Source of the DNA: an uncultured delta proteobacterium
GTDB taxonomy: Bacteria; Myxococcota; B64-G9
DNA length: 64,000 nucleotides
Direction of reading: 5' to 3'
NCBI GenBank assembly: GCA_963754925.1
Contig: CAVWHX010000007.1
Span: forward strand, 96,001 to 160,000
Shown: in pieces, positions 52,255-61,639 of the stretch
How positions within the stretch are numbered: the first letter of the stretch is position 1
How the letters are laid out: every line of letters starts with the position of its first letter
Program-made: the position numbers and the translations under genes
Notes under the pieces: model-generated
What the model was told of the DNA's origin: nothing
Seen by the model: only the letters and a program-made list of their open reading frames with translations
The model's database searches: none

Positions 52255-54471
52255 TCAGAGCAACCTCCCAACCTGGTAGATACACGTGCCAACGGCGAAC
52301 GACAGTATGTTCATGAGGACCACGCTGAAGACAGTCCATTTGATGGATCGCGTTTCTTGACGGATCGCCGCAATGGTTCCGACGCAGGGCACAAAGAGCA
52401 TCTGAAAGGCCAGCAAGCCGAGTCCGGCGGCCACGGATACGACCGAAGGCAAAACGGTCGAAATATTCCCATATAATACCGAAAGAGTCGCGATTGTGTT
52501 TTCCTTGGCCGCAAAGCTTGTGAGCAGCGCAATAAAAACTTGCCAGGGCACCCCCATAAGCTGGCTGACCGGCTGCAGCCATTTTCCGAACATCCCGAGA
52601 TAGCTTGTGGTGATGTCTCCCGTAGGGAAGTACGAGAAGGTCCAGACTATGAGGGAAGCGATCAGTATGATTGATCCCGCTTTGCGCAAGAAACCGACAA
52701 GATTTTGCCATACGTAGATCCCGATAGTCTTCGTGTTCGGCAGATGGTAAAGAGGAAGCTCCATGATGAAGGCGACATGCTCATCCTCGAACGCGAAGCG
52801 ATGGAGGACGAGCCCGAGGACAACCAGGATTACGAGGTTGCCTCCCACAAGCCCCCAGGTTACAAAGAATGCCGAGGAACCAAAGAAGATAGGCGCCAGT
52901 ATGGCCACCACTGCCATGCGGGCGCTACAGGGAACAAAGGGCACTAATAGAATCGTATGTAGTCGGGCCTGCTTCGACTCGACGATGCGCGTACCGAGAA
53001 CAGCGGGCACGTTGCAGCCGAATCCCAGCAGAATCGGCAAGAAGCTTTTCCCATGCAGACCCATCATGTGCATGATCCTGTCGGTCAGATAGGCAGCGCG
53101 CGCCATATAGCCTGTGTCTTCCAGAAGCCCAAGCGCCACATAGAAAACCGCCAGGATAGGAAGGAAGGTCAGCACCATTCCCAAACCGCCCAACACGCCC
53201 CCTACCAGCATCTCGACCATCCACGCCGGGGAGCCACTCATCCAGACGCGCAGAGCCTCCCCGAGACGATGGAGAAGATTGCTCAGCAGGGCTTGTATCG
53301 GCCCGCCAATAGAAAAAGTCAGGAAGAAAACCCCGCCAAGCAAAAGAATTAGCGCCAGCGTGCCCCACAGGGGATGGGTCAGGAAGCGGTCCAAGCGCGC
53401 AGTAAGGCCCATGCGTGAGACGGGAGGTTCCACGACGGCGGCGCGTATCATCCGCCCTATCCACTGGTAGCGGGCTCCGGCGATATCGAGAACGGCATCC
53501 TCGTGCTGATACAACAAGGCGCCCACGGCCTTCCACTTCTCGGCCGGCATGCGCTTTTGTATCAGCGCGGAAAGTTCTTGGTCTCCTTCGAGAAGCTTCA
53601 GCGCGACCCAGTCGGTCGGGTACACTTCCGGAACGCACTCGGCCACCATCTGCTGCAGATTCTCCAGTTCCATTTTGTGAGGGGGAAGGATTGCGGGCGA
53701 TTGCGGGTGGTAGTCGGCCGTGTGATTGATCATGCTCTCGATGGCTGCCTTCAGCTCCTCGATTCCCCTTCCATGGGAAGCAGCCAGGGGAACAACCGGG
53801 ATGCCTAAGGCCGTCTCAAGCACCTTGTATTCGACCTTGATTCCCTCCTTCTCTGCCACGTCCATCATGTTGAGTGCCAACAGAACCGGCGTCGGCAGCA
53901 GAAGCAGCTCGGCGACAAGATAGAGATTGCGTTCGAGGTTCGCCGCGTCGACGACAACGACGACCAGGCTCGGTTTGGAACGCAGAATGAAATCCCGGGC
54001 AATCAGCTCCTCCTCTGAGTTGGCCGAAAGGGAATAGGTGCCGGGCAAGTCGATTATCGTATAAGAGGTCTGGTTATACGAAAAGGTGCCGCTCTTCTGT
54101 TCGACGGTCTTGCCCGTCCAATTGCCGACGTGCTGGTTCATGCCCGTGAGCAGATTGAAAACCGTTGATTTCCCGACGTTTGGTTGGCCGGCGATAGCGA
54201 TGGTACAGCCGCTCGTCTGGATTGGTAAGGGTTTTTCTTCTTCTGTTATGCGGCTAATAGATACCCCGGCTGCTTCTCCATACCCCAAGGCGATCCGGGT
54301 GCCCCTCAGGCTTACCAGTAGGGGTCCGTGTGCGCTCTTTCGCACAACTTTCACCGGTGCCCCGATCGTGAAGCCAAGGGCTGCAAGGCGGGCAATGAGA
54401 CTACGTCCGCCTTCCAGTCCTCGCACCTGGCCGGTTTCCCCTGGCCTCAAATCAACAAGAGACTTTTCCAT
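52255..54471 (-). CDS. feoB: FeoA-FeoB fusion ferrous iron transporter
   Basis: N-terminal FeoA (RLAALGF..G..V.V...GP), then GQPNVGKS, DLPG, NMMD, GFGCNVPA, PCSAR motifs. Confidence 0.95.
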   Translation of the reverse strand: MEKSLVDLRPGETGQVRGLEGGRSLIARLAALGFTIGAPVKVVRKSAHGPLLVSLRGTRIALGYGEAAGVSISRITEEEKPLPIQTSGCTIAIAGQPNVGKSTVFNLLTGMNQHVGNWTGKTVEQKSGTFSYNQTSYTIIDLPGTYSLSANSEEELIARDFILRSKPSLVVVVVDAANLERNLYLVAELLLLPTPVLLALNMMDVAEKEGIKVEYKVLETALGIPVVPLAASHGRGIEELKAAIESMINHTADYHPQSPAILPPHKMELENLQQMVAECVPEVYPTDWVALKLLEGDQELSALIQKRMPAEKWKAVGALLYQHEDAVLDIAGARYQWIGRMIRAAVVEPPVSRMGLTARLDRFLTHPLWGTLALILLLGGVFFLTFSIGGPIQALLSNLLHRLGEALRVWMSGSPAWMVEMLVGGVLGGLGMVLTFLPILAVFYVALGLLEDTGYMARAAYLTDRIMHMMGLHGKSFLPILLGFGCNVPAVLGTRIVESKQARLHTILLVPFVPCSARMAVVAILAPIFFGSSAFFVTWGLVGGNLVILVVLGLVLHRFAFEDEHVAFIMELPLYHLPNTKTIGIYVWQNLVGFLRKAGSIILIASLIVWTFSYFPTGDITTSYLGMFGKWLQPVSQLMGVPWQVFIALLTSFAAKENTIATLSVLYGNISTVLPSVVSVAAGLGLLAFQMLFVPCVGTIAAIRQETRSIKWTVFSVVLMNILSFAVGTCIYQVGRLL

Positions 54472-54588
54472 GAGAGATCCTTATCATATATTCCCGTAAA
54501 CTCACGCAACGCTGCGTTTGCTCTCAAAAGGGACTATAGTCACTATTGCTCCTCAGTCAACCATCTCCAAGCACCGTTTCAAAGCAGT

Positions 54589-54717
54589 TGTCGAAATGAC
54601 CTATTCGTTCTTCAAGCTTATCTTTTCCAACATCCGGGATTGGGAGTTACCTAAGTTACGCTTGGCGTGGTTTGGTTGAGTTGTTTCTTTCCCTTGGATT
54701 TGGGTTAGAGAGGCGCA
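54589..54717 (+). mobile_element. MITE-like repeat copy 5 (right half)
   Basis: TGTCGAAATGACCTATTC...TTTTCCAACATCCGGGATTG...GTGGTTTGGTTGA...AGAGAGGCGCA. Confidence 0.85.
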
Positions 54718-54774
54718 GCCAGTTCGGGGGAAAGTACGATGTCAGGAAAGTTCGTAACATTTATGCACCTAGCG

Positions 54775-55173
54775 TCAGATTTCTTCCCAAGTCACTTCCC
54801 CCGATTTATCGCCCTGCTCAATGAAGTCATAGGCGATTTTTTCTATCTGCTCAATGGGCAGACAAAACCGCCGGGCAATCGGTGTCGGTGTGTTCCCGGC
54901 AAGGAACTCGACGAAATTGCCGTCATCCACCACGTCGTCTGGCACTGCCATAAGGTAAGGAGGAGAGCCGTCACTGGGACTGTATTGCACGCTGCCGCAG
55001 TTTCCCGCAAAGCCAACCATCAACATGAAGCCGTTTTCTCCACGAAGTTCAAACAGGAACGGTTTTCGGCCACTCAGCGACTGAAAGACTTCCATCATCG
55101 CCACTGCGCATTCCAAGCGTTTGCCGTTCACCGGATTGTCAGGCTGCTGTAGGTCTTGAAATATTACTCTCAT
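54775..55173 (-). CDS. Imm1-like orphan immunity protein
   Basis: GSVQYS...PPYL...EFLAGNTPTPI..RFCLP...VTWEEI pattern; ATG 55173 chosen because the longer ORF starts inside the repeat. Confidence 0.7.
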   Translation of the reverse strand: MRVIFQDLQQPDNPVNGKRLECAVAMMEVFQSLSGRKPFLFELRGENGFMLMVGFAGNCGSVQYSPSDGSPPYLMAVPDDVVDDGNFVEFLAGNTPTPIARRFCLPIEQIEKIAYDFIEQGDKSGEVTWEEI

Positions 55174-55195
55174 ATTATTATCCCGTAAATGGTAC

Positions 55196-55434
55196 TGTCG
55201 TTCGCCAAACCTCATCCTTATAAAACCATAGCATTTTTTCATATCGCTCACACAACTCTTCTCCCCATTGAAATCTTAGCAGATGTTTCCGCTAGCACCA
55301 CTCTCTCGCCATGAGACCTATTTAGTCCTCAAGCTCATCTTTTCCAACATCCAGGATTGCAATTTCACCAAGTTACGCTTACCGTGGTTTGGTTGACGTG
55401 TTTTTTCTCTCGGATTTTGTTTTGGTAAGGCGCA
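55196..55434 (+). mobile_element. MITE-like repeat copy 6 (full length, 239 bp)
   Basis: TGTCGTTCGCCAAA...TTTGGTAAGGCGCA with the conserved core. Confidence 0.9.
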
Positions 55435-55443
55435 GGTGAGGCA

Positions 55444-55728
55444 ATGAATTTGCGACCGGACGAAAGCGATCTCGTCGGGAAGTGGATTCTTGATGGCACA
55501 AGAATCCGAGCTGACGAGGTGTGTAAGCGAATCGAGTACCTCACTCATCATGTTCTCAAGCGACTTGCGGTAAGCAGAGACTATGGGGCTTGGGAAACAC
55601 TGTTTCGAGATCCAACCGATGGAAGACTTTGGGAGCGAACGTACCCACAGAGTCACATGCACGGCGGCGGGCCACCGCGGCTCTGGGCGATCTCAGAACA
55701 AGATGCCCGAGGGAAATACGACTTCTGA
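55444..55728 (+). CDS. Imm27-like orphan immunity protein
   Basis: WETLFRDPTDGRLWERTYPQSHMHGGGPPRL motif; GAGG RBS. Confidence 0.82.
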   Translation: MNLRPDESDLVGKWILDGTRIRADEVCKRIEYLTHHVLKRLAVSRDYGAWETLFRDPTDGRLWERTYPQSHMHGGGPPRLWAISEQDARGKYDF

Positions 55729-55846
55729 GACCTATTCAGTCCTCAAGCTCATTTTTTCCAATATCCAGGATTGTGGGTTCACCAATTTACATTTACCGTG
55801 GTTTGGTTGACTTGTTTTTCTCTCGGATTTGGGTTGGCGAGGGACA
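55726..55846 (+). mobile_element. MITE-like repeat copy 7 (right half)
   Basis: TGAGACCTATTCAGTCCTCAAGCTCAT...TTGGCGAGGGACA; starts on the Imm27 stop codon. Confidence 0.88.
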
Positions 55847-55865
55847 GGAAAACATTTCTAGTGGG

Positions 55866-55967
55866 TTCAATCCTAATCCAATATTCATGATTTTTGGTTA
55901 AACAATTTGCGTTTAATCTGGTTTACTTAACATGTTTTTTCTCTCGGATCTGTTTTGGCGAAGGACA
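55866..55967 (+). mobile_element. MITE-like repeat copy 8 (degenerate right half)
   Basis: TCCAATATTCATGATT...TTTTTTCTCTCGGATCTGTTTTGGCGAAGGACA. Confidence 0.78.
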
Positions 55968-57815
55968 GGGTGAATCAAAGGTCATGACTAATTCATAAAC
56001 ATCTTTTCGCAGTTCGGCCAGAATCGGAATGCCGCCTTTCTCGAAAACCTTCATCATGGCTTTGTTAGAGGACAAAACTTCTGCGGTGAAACCCTGCAGA
56101 CCGCGCTCTTTCGCGAGCGTGACGAGAATCTGGTAGAGCTTAGAGGCAATTCCCATTCCCTGGTATCGCTCATCAACAATAAAGGCGATGTCAGCGTACG
56201 GTCGGTGTTGGTCTCTCACGAATCGAGCCTCGGCAATGATGTGCTCTTCACCATGAGGCCCGGTAAGACCGACAATGGACATCACCCAGTTTGGGTCGAC
56301 ATTCACATAGGATTGCATTCTGGCGTGCGGCATGACCTTGATGGGTGAGAAGTAGCGGTAGTACACCGCCTCGTCCGAGAAGCGATAGAAGAGGCGGCGC
56401 ATCTCCTCTTCGTCGGAAGGTTTGATGGCCCTAAAATTGACTTCCAGTCCTCCCTTGAAGACATGTCTCTGGGCTATATTCGCGGGATAGAGGTGGGCGC
56501 TTCCGGAGAGGAAAATCTGGTCCTGATAGATGATATTCTTGGCTTTGGCCTCCTCAACCAGCTTGGCGCGATCATCCGGGTGGGCGATATCGATGAGCGA
56601 TTGCGCCCGCTCTCTGATAGTGCGTCCTTTCAAGTTGGCTACGCCGTACTCAGTAATCACCATATCCACCGATTCACGCACACTCAGGAGGTTGGGAAGC
56701 TCCTCGACGGTCAGGCGAATATTAGCTTCGCCTTTTTTATTGCGGCTTGGCAACGCGAAAACGGTGAACCCACCCTGGGATAGCTCTGCGCCGTTGATAA
56801 AGTCCAAGTCTTCGCCAGGAGTAGCTATCACTGAACCCTTACCGGCATGCAAGATTATATGACCGGTGAGGTCGACCTTGCGGGCGGACAGTACGGTCAC
56901 TACCCGTGGGTTACGCCCTATATTGAGTGGATTAAATACAGCATCGACACCCAGGAATTCAACCCGGGGGTTGCGGTTGAGCCAGGACATGAGTTCTTTC
57001 GTGCCGAAGGCATAGGATGCCACGGATTTACCCCGGGAGAATTCCTTATAGCGATTGGTCACCGCGCCACTTTTAACGAGATCCATCAAGGCGTCAGTGA
57101 AGAAAGGAGTATGCACGCCGAGATTTCGCTTATGTACGAGATGTCTGGCCAGGGCATCGTAGAGGGGACCAATGGAAAAGAAGATACAACTTCCATCTTC
57201 GATGACCGAGGCCACGTTAGCCGCCACTTGGTCAAACACCTCATCCACGGGCCAGCGGGAGATATAAATCGGCTCCTCTTCCGAATGCACCAGATAATCG
57301 AAATCGGACAGCGAAACAAAAGTCTCTCCAAAGGTGAAGGGGATATGCGGGTTGATCTCGCCCACCACCAGAGCCGCCTGTTCCATGACTTGCCGAGCCA
57401 CATCCACAGCCAATCCCAGGCTGCAATAGCCTGCTTCATCGGGAGGGGTAATCTGGATGAAAGCAACATCGACGTGGATTTGGCCCGACTCAATCAGCTG
57501 TGGAATTTTTACGAAACGGCTGGGGATCAGGTCGACTTTGCCTTCGACGATGGCATCATTTGACACCCATCCAGAAAAGAAGGTCTTGAGGCGGTACTTA
57601 TTTGACTGAATATCTTTGATGGAAATAGCCTCTCCCAAACTCACCAATTGAATCAGCTCCAAATCCCGCAGATTAGGGGCGGTTGAAGTCGTCAAACGCT
57701 TGAGCAGCGTCCGGGGTTCGGCCACGCCCGTCCCCAGAAAGATGGTCATACCGGGACTGATCTTCTCGAAGATCTCATCCGGCGTCTTCACCTTTTCTTC
57801 CCACGATTGTTCCAT
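55923..57815 (-). CDS. Acetyl-CoA hydrolase/transferase fused to C-terminal GNAT domain; stop inside repeat copy 8
   Basis: PPDEAGYCSLG, VITEYGVANLKGRTIRERAQSLIDIAHPDDR, YQGMGIAS motifs. Confidence 0.9.
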   Translation of the reverse strand: MEQSWEEKVKTPDEIFEKISPGMTIFLGTGVAEPRTLLKRLTTSTAPNLRDLELIQLVSLGEAISIKDIQSNKYRLKTFFSGWVSNDAIVEGKVDLIPSRFVKIPQLIESGQIHVDVAFIQITPPDEAGYCSLGLAVDVARQVMEQAALVVGEINPHIPFTFGETFVSLSDFDYLVHSEEEPIYISRWPVDEVFDQVAANVASVIEDGSCIFFSIGPLYDALARHLVHKRNLGVHTPFFTDALMDLVKSGAVTNRYKEFSRGKSVASYAFGTKELMSWLNRNPRVEFLGVDAVFNPLNIGRNPRVVTVLSARKVDLTGHIILHAGKGSVIATPGEDLDFINGAELSQGGFTVFALPSRNKKGEANIRLTVEELPNLLSVRESVDMVITEYGVANLKGRTIRERAQSLIDIAHPDDRAKLVEEAKAKNIIYQDQIFLSGSAHLYPANIAQRHVFKGGLEVNFRAIKPSDEEEMRRLFYRFSDEAVYYRYFSPIKVMPHARMQSYVNVDPNWVMSIVGLTGPHGEEHIIAEARFVRDQHRPYADIAFIVDERYQGMGIASKLYQILVTLAKERGLQGFTAEVLSSNKAMMKVFEKGGIPILAELRKDVYELVMTFDSPCPSPKQIREKKHVK

Positions 57816-57826
57816 CCCGCTAGTCC

Positions 57827-57892
57827 TGTCGTTCGCCAAAAACCAGTCCTTACTGAAAACAAATCATTTTCTCATGTCACCCGCACTACCCT
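57827..57892 (+). mobile_element. MITE-like repeat copy 9 (left end only)
   Basis: TGTCGTTCGCCAAAA...TGAAAACAAATCATTTT...CACCCGCACTACCCT. Confidence 0.85.
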
Positions 57893-58024
57893 TGGCCTTG
57901 AAACCACCCAAGATCTGTCTGCACGATGACTGATCGACTCCGGAGGCCTGCGCCGTTAGAGAATATTTGGCCGAGTTGAAGTTCGGCAGATATCATCCTG
58001 TTGCTGCGGGAACCCCTTCACCAG

Positions 58025-58336
58025 TCATTTAGGCTCCCTATTGAGATACTCATTGAGAGACTTAATCACCAAGTCTCGAAGTGAGCACCCCTCATCAACA
58101 GTTCTATGCCTCACCTTATTCCAAAGTTCTTCTGGAATATCTCGCAAGAGATAGTTGGCGGCTGAATTATTCTCTCGAAATATCTTTTTTGCGATATGGA
58201 GCACATTTACCGGCTTGCCTTCGTAGCGAAGCCTTTCAATTTCATGTCGTACCAAAACATCGCAATCATGGCAAAGTGAAGCACCACCCATTTCAATTTG
58301 AGCCTTTGGGCTTCCGCATGCATCACAATTTTTCAC
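58025..58336 (-). CDS. Small protein with CxxC...CxxC zinc motif and C-terminal ribbon-helix-helix-like domain
   Basis: CDAC, CHDC; YLLRDIPEELWNKVR...SLRDLVIKSLNEYL; GGAGG RBS. Confidence 0.7.
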   Translation of the reverse strand: MKNCDACGSPKAQIEMGGASLCHDCDVLVRHEIERLRYEGKPVNVLHIAKKIFRENNSAANYLLRDIPEELWNKVRHRTVDEGCSLRDLVIKSLNEYLNREPK

Positions 58337-58373
58337 CAGTAACCTCCTAAAATTGTAGTCTCACGCTGAATAT

Positions 58374-58402
58374 AAAGTACATAATGATTATCATTATGAC
58401 AA
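58374..58402 (-). promoter_or_regulatory. Sigma70-like promoter with Fur-box-like palindrome filling the spacer
   Basis: Minus strand TTGTCA-N17-TACTTT; CATAATGATTATCATTATG at 58380-58398. Confidence 0.6.
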
Positions 58403-58751
58403 TAGAAAAAAAGCTTGTTCTATTAGGGGTCAAAGCACGTTTAGCGGCCTGAGGTGCACTTACGCTAACTCTTGGCGGCTCCGCTGCGCTCGCCGCCTTA
58501 TGCAGATAAAAATTTATTGCTTATTCCAATGAGACCGATTGATACTGTATCTTATAGAGCTAAAGCCACACGGTCACATTTGCCCTTCAAGGCCACTAGA
58601 ACGCTGTACCTCTAACCCTACCCGAGAGTCGTTTGCCGTGTGGCTTTGGCTCACACCTTTTGGGGTAGACCCAACATTCGCGTCACCAGCCGCCATCTTA
58701 AAAACCAAGCTACCATTTGCCTTGTAAGGCCCCTCGGAAGGCAACCCCCTG

Positions 58752-60350
58752 GGGTCTGTTGCCCAAATCAATAGCATTCTCGATCATAGTTGATATCATC
58801 TGAGCATCTAGGAGGTGCTTCGATGATGGGACACCAGCCGCCCCCACAACCCAAATTATTTTACACCGGGTTTCATCTAGACAAGAGGGTTCGCCGTGAC
58901 CATCCGTTGAGGAAGATTAGCAAGGTTATCGATTTCGATTTCATCTACAAAGAAGTGGTGGAAACATACGGCGATAACGGCAACGTCTCGGTGCCTCCTC
59001 CTGTTCTGCTCAAGCTCATGCTTCTATTGGTGTTCTACAATGTTCGTTCCGAGCGCGAGCTGATGGAGACGCTACCGGAGCGACTCGATTGGTTGTGGTT
59101 CCTTGGCTACGATCTGGATGATGAAGTACCGAACCACAGCGTGCTTTCGAAAGCCCGGAAGCGCTGGGGACGTGAGTTGTTCCAGCGTTTCTTTGAGCGC
59201 GTGGTGAGGCAGTGTGTTGCGGCTGGACTGGTTGACGGGCGCAAGATATTCGTCGATGCGAGCCTTATCGATGCGGATGCTTCGCAGGACTCGGTTGTGG
59301 ATACGAGAGACCTGAACGAGCAGCTGTCAAAGAAGTATCGGCAACTCGAAGCACGGCTCGACGAAGCGCCGAGCGCGAGAGAACCGGGACCGTACACCGA
59401 AGAGAACCTGCGCTATGTATCGGCAACCGATCCGGATGCGGCGTTGATGAAGCGCGGGGAGTCGAAGTTGCGGTACCAGAGTCATCGAGCGGTCGAAGGC
59501 AGCAGCGAGATTATCACAGCGACGGCGTTGACCCCGGGTGATGTAAGCGAAGACCAGTTATTGATGGCGCTTAAGGAAGACCACGAGGCGACCACGGGGG
59601 AGTCGGTTCAGACGGTAGTTGCAGACAGCAAGTATGGAACGAAAGAGAACTACCTGGCGTGCCGGGATGCGGGGATTCAGGCACACATTCCGGCATTTCA
59701 GGGAGGTACGGACAAGCGTTTGGAGAAGCGCGGCCTGTTTATGGAAGAGCGCTTTGTGTTTGACGCCAAACGGGACGTGTTTGTGTGCCCCGCGGGCCAG
59801 GAGCTACGGCGTAGGACCGTGCACGCCCGTCGGCAGAGCATAGAATATGCCGCTTCGAAGCGAATCTGCGCGATGTGCGAATTGAGAGACCAGTGCACGA
59901 CGAGCAAGTCGGGTCGCACAGTCGGCCGACATCTCCGTCAGGATGAGTTGGACGAGATGGTGAGAGCTTCGAAATCGACGTTGTCGCGTCTGGATCTCAA
60001 GCGTCGGCAGCACGTGTGCGAAGGGTCGTTTGGCGCGGCGAAGCGATACGGTTACAAACGCGCGCGCTGGCGCCGACTGTGGCTAGTAGAAATCCAGAAC
60101 TATCTTATCTGCACCATACAGAACATCACCAAGTTGATCAAACACCGCAACAAGCGCTGTTACGCGGCGGCCAGTCTTCATTCAGATTGGAGCTATGATC
60201 TGTTGATGTCAGGTCTTCAGAAGTTTCGGTGCAATGTACATCGCTTATTCTGGTACATCAAAGAAGTGCGGGTTATTTGTGTCATACAAACAGATCCAGC
60301 ATAGGGATGAATGGATGAGCACGATAAAAAGTTATTCGGGCAACAGGCCC
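58752..60350 (+). mobile_element. IS1182-family insertion sequence
   Basis: Inverted repeats GGGTCTGTTGCCCAAAT / ATTCGGGCAACAGGCCC; CCTG duplicated on both sides. Confidence 0.9.
58823..60304 (+). CDS. IS1182-family transposase
   Basis: DHPLRKI, VRSERELM, PNHSVLSKAR, VDAS, ADSKYG, CPAGQEL, C..C..R..C, EGSFG motifs. Confidence 0.92.
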   Translation: MMGHQPPPQPKLFYTGFHLDKRVRRDHPLRKISKVIDFDFIYKEVVETYGDNGNVSVPPPVLLKLMLLLVFYNVRSERELMETLPERLDWLWFLGYDLDDEVPNHSVLSKARKRWGRELFQRFFERVVRQCVAAGLVDGRKIFVDASLIDADASQDSVVDTRDLNEQLSKKYRQLEARLDEAPSAREPGPYTEENLRYVSATDPDAALMKRGESKLRYQSHRAVEGSSEIITATALTPGDVSEDQLLMALKEDHEATTGESVQTVVADSKYGTKENYLACRDAGIQAHIPAFQGGTDKRLEKRGLFMEERFVFDAKRDVFVCPAGQELRRRTVHARRQSIEYAASKRICAMCELRDQCTTSKSGRTVGRHLRQDELDEMVRASKSTLSRLDLKRRQHVCEGSFGAAKRYGYKRARWRRLWLVEIQNYLICTIQNITKLIKHRNKRCYAAASLHSDWSYDLLMSGLQKFRCNVHRLFWYIKEVRVICVIQTDPA

Positions 60351-60594
60351 CCTGGTTTTGATACCTGGGGCTAACCCATAAACGTAGTCATAATTCCATC
60401 TAGTTACCATTTAAAATATTGCACATAAACAATATCTTAGTCAACCATTCAGTAATATAAACATAGTTGTATATACAACATATGTTACTTAATATAAAAT
60501 AATACTTGACACCATTTATTATATGTATATACCGTATCCTTAGTTAATGAATAATAATGTGACAACAATACCATGTAGAAATGAGTTACATAGT

Positions 60595-61134
60595 ATGAAG
60601 GTCAAAGATAGCATCGAAGCGCTTTTGGAGCAATACGAAAAAATGAATGAAGAGCAAAGGGCTGAGTTTCGAAGATCATATAGCTTGGTTGAAAGATCCA
60701 ACGCTAGGAAACGCAAGCACATATCGAAAGAAGATTTTAAAAACGTTTTAACAGAAGTGCTGGAAATCACCAGGAAGAAGGTTGAATTGATCTCCATCTG
60801 GAAAGAGCTTCAGAAGAAGCTAGACCTCAATCCGAAAGATAAGAAGGCGCAACTCAAAAGAGTATTGTCCTCAGTCTTCGACGCAAATCTCGCAGCATTA
60901 GATAGAATGAAATACCGCCGGAGAAGAGGGAGAGGCTATCGGATTTTTGAATACGCCCGAGATCATGCGGACGAACTGGGACTTACGCCATTTACCGAAG
61001 AAGAGATTGAATTTTTGAATGAAGCTTACGCGGCAACACTCTCGTTTCCTAAGAGGCATCGATTCTTAAGGAAAGACAAAACGATGCTTAAAAACAGGAA
61101 AGAGAAAACAACCAATGATTCCCCAGCGGACTAA
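60595..61134 (+). CDS. Basic hypothetical protein (start uncertain)
   Basis: Long ORF downstream of an AT-rich region containing TTGACA. Confidence 0.6.
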   Translation: MKVKDSIEALLEQYEKMNEEQRAEFRRSYSLVERSNARKRKHISKEDFKNVLTEVLEITRKKVELISIWKELQKKLDLNPKDKKAQLKRVLSSVFDANLAALDRMKYRRRRGRGYRIFEYARDHADELGLTPFTEEEIEFLNEAYAATLSFPKRHRFLRKDKTMLKNRKEKTTNDSPAD

Positions 61135-61168
61135 AAAACGCATAGCCCGGGGAATCGAGGAGGACACC

Positions 61169-61534
61169 ATGGAAACGGCAAAAAAAGGTCTAGTAGATGT
61201 GGCGCTCAATGTCGACAGCAAATCGGGAACGTCCAGTACGGTTACCATTGGATCGACACCGAAAAACAAAAAAGGCTTATTCGACCTGTCGCTCGATATT
61301 GGCGGCGACCAGCGAAAGCAGGACGAAACCGCGGGGGAAGATCAACCGGCGGATGCTACACACCGTAAGGGAAGATTCGCGTTATCGCTTGGTTTGCTGC
61401 CATCAGTGGCGGGCGGACTTATTAACATCGGCATTGACGTGCTTGGAGGAAACGGCACGAGGGACTATCGAAAACACAATCGACGGGCTCGTAAGAACGG
61501 ATCAGCGAAGACCGAACGGTTTGCATCAAAATAG
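61169..61534 (+). CDS. Hypothetical protein
   Basis: GAGGAGG RBS before ATG 61169. Confidence 0.55.
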   Translation: METAKKGLVDVALNVDSKSGTSSTVTIGSTPKNKKGLFDLSLDIGGDQRKQDETAGEDQPADATHRKGRFALSLGLLPSVAGGLINIGIDVLGGNGTRDYRKHNRRARKNGSAKTERFASK

Positions 61535-61639
61535 ACAAACCTTGTTTAATCAACCGCAAGTTTCAATCGAGTCTTGAATTTACAATATAGCACGCTCCAC
61601 ATAAGAAAATGACGGCTCATCTAGAAAGGAAGTAATCTC

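Noticed and set aside
33202..57892. CRISPR array or classical integron as the explanation of the repeats
   Set aside because: Repeats are 65-240 bp with TGT...ACA ends and mostly gene-sized intervals; no cas genes, no IntI tyrosine recombinase, no RYYYAAC/GTTRRRY structure.
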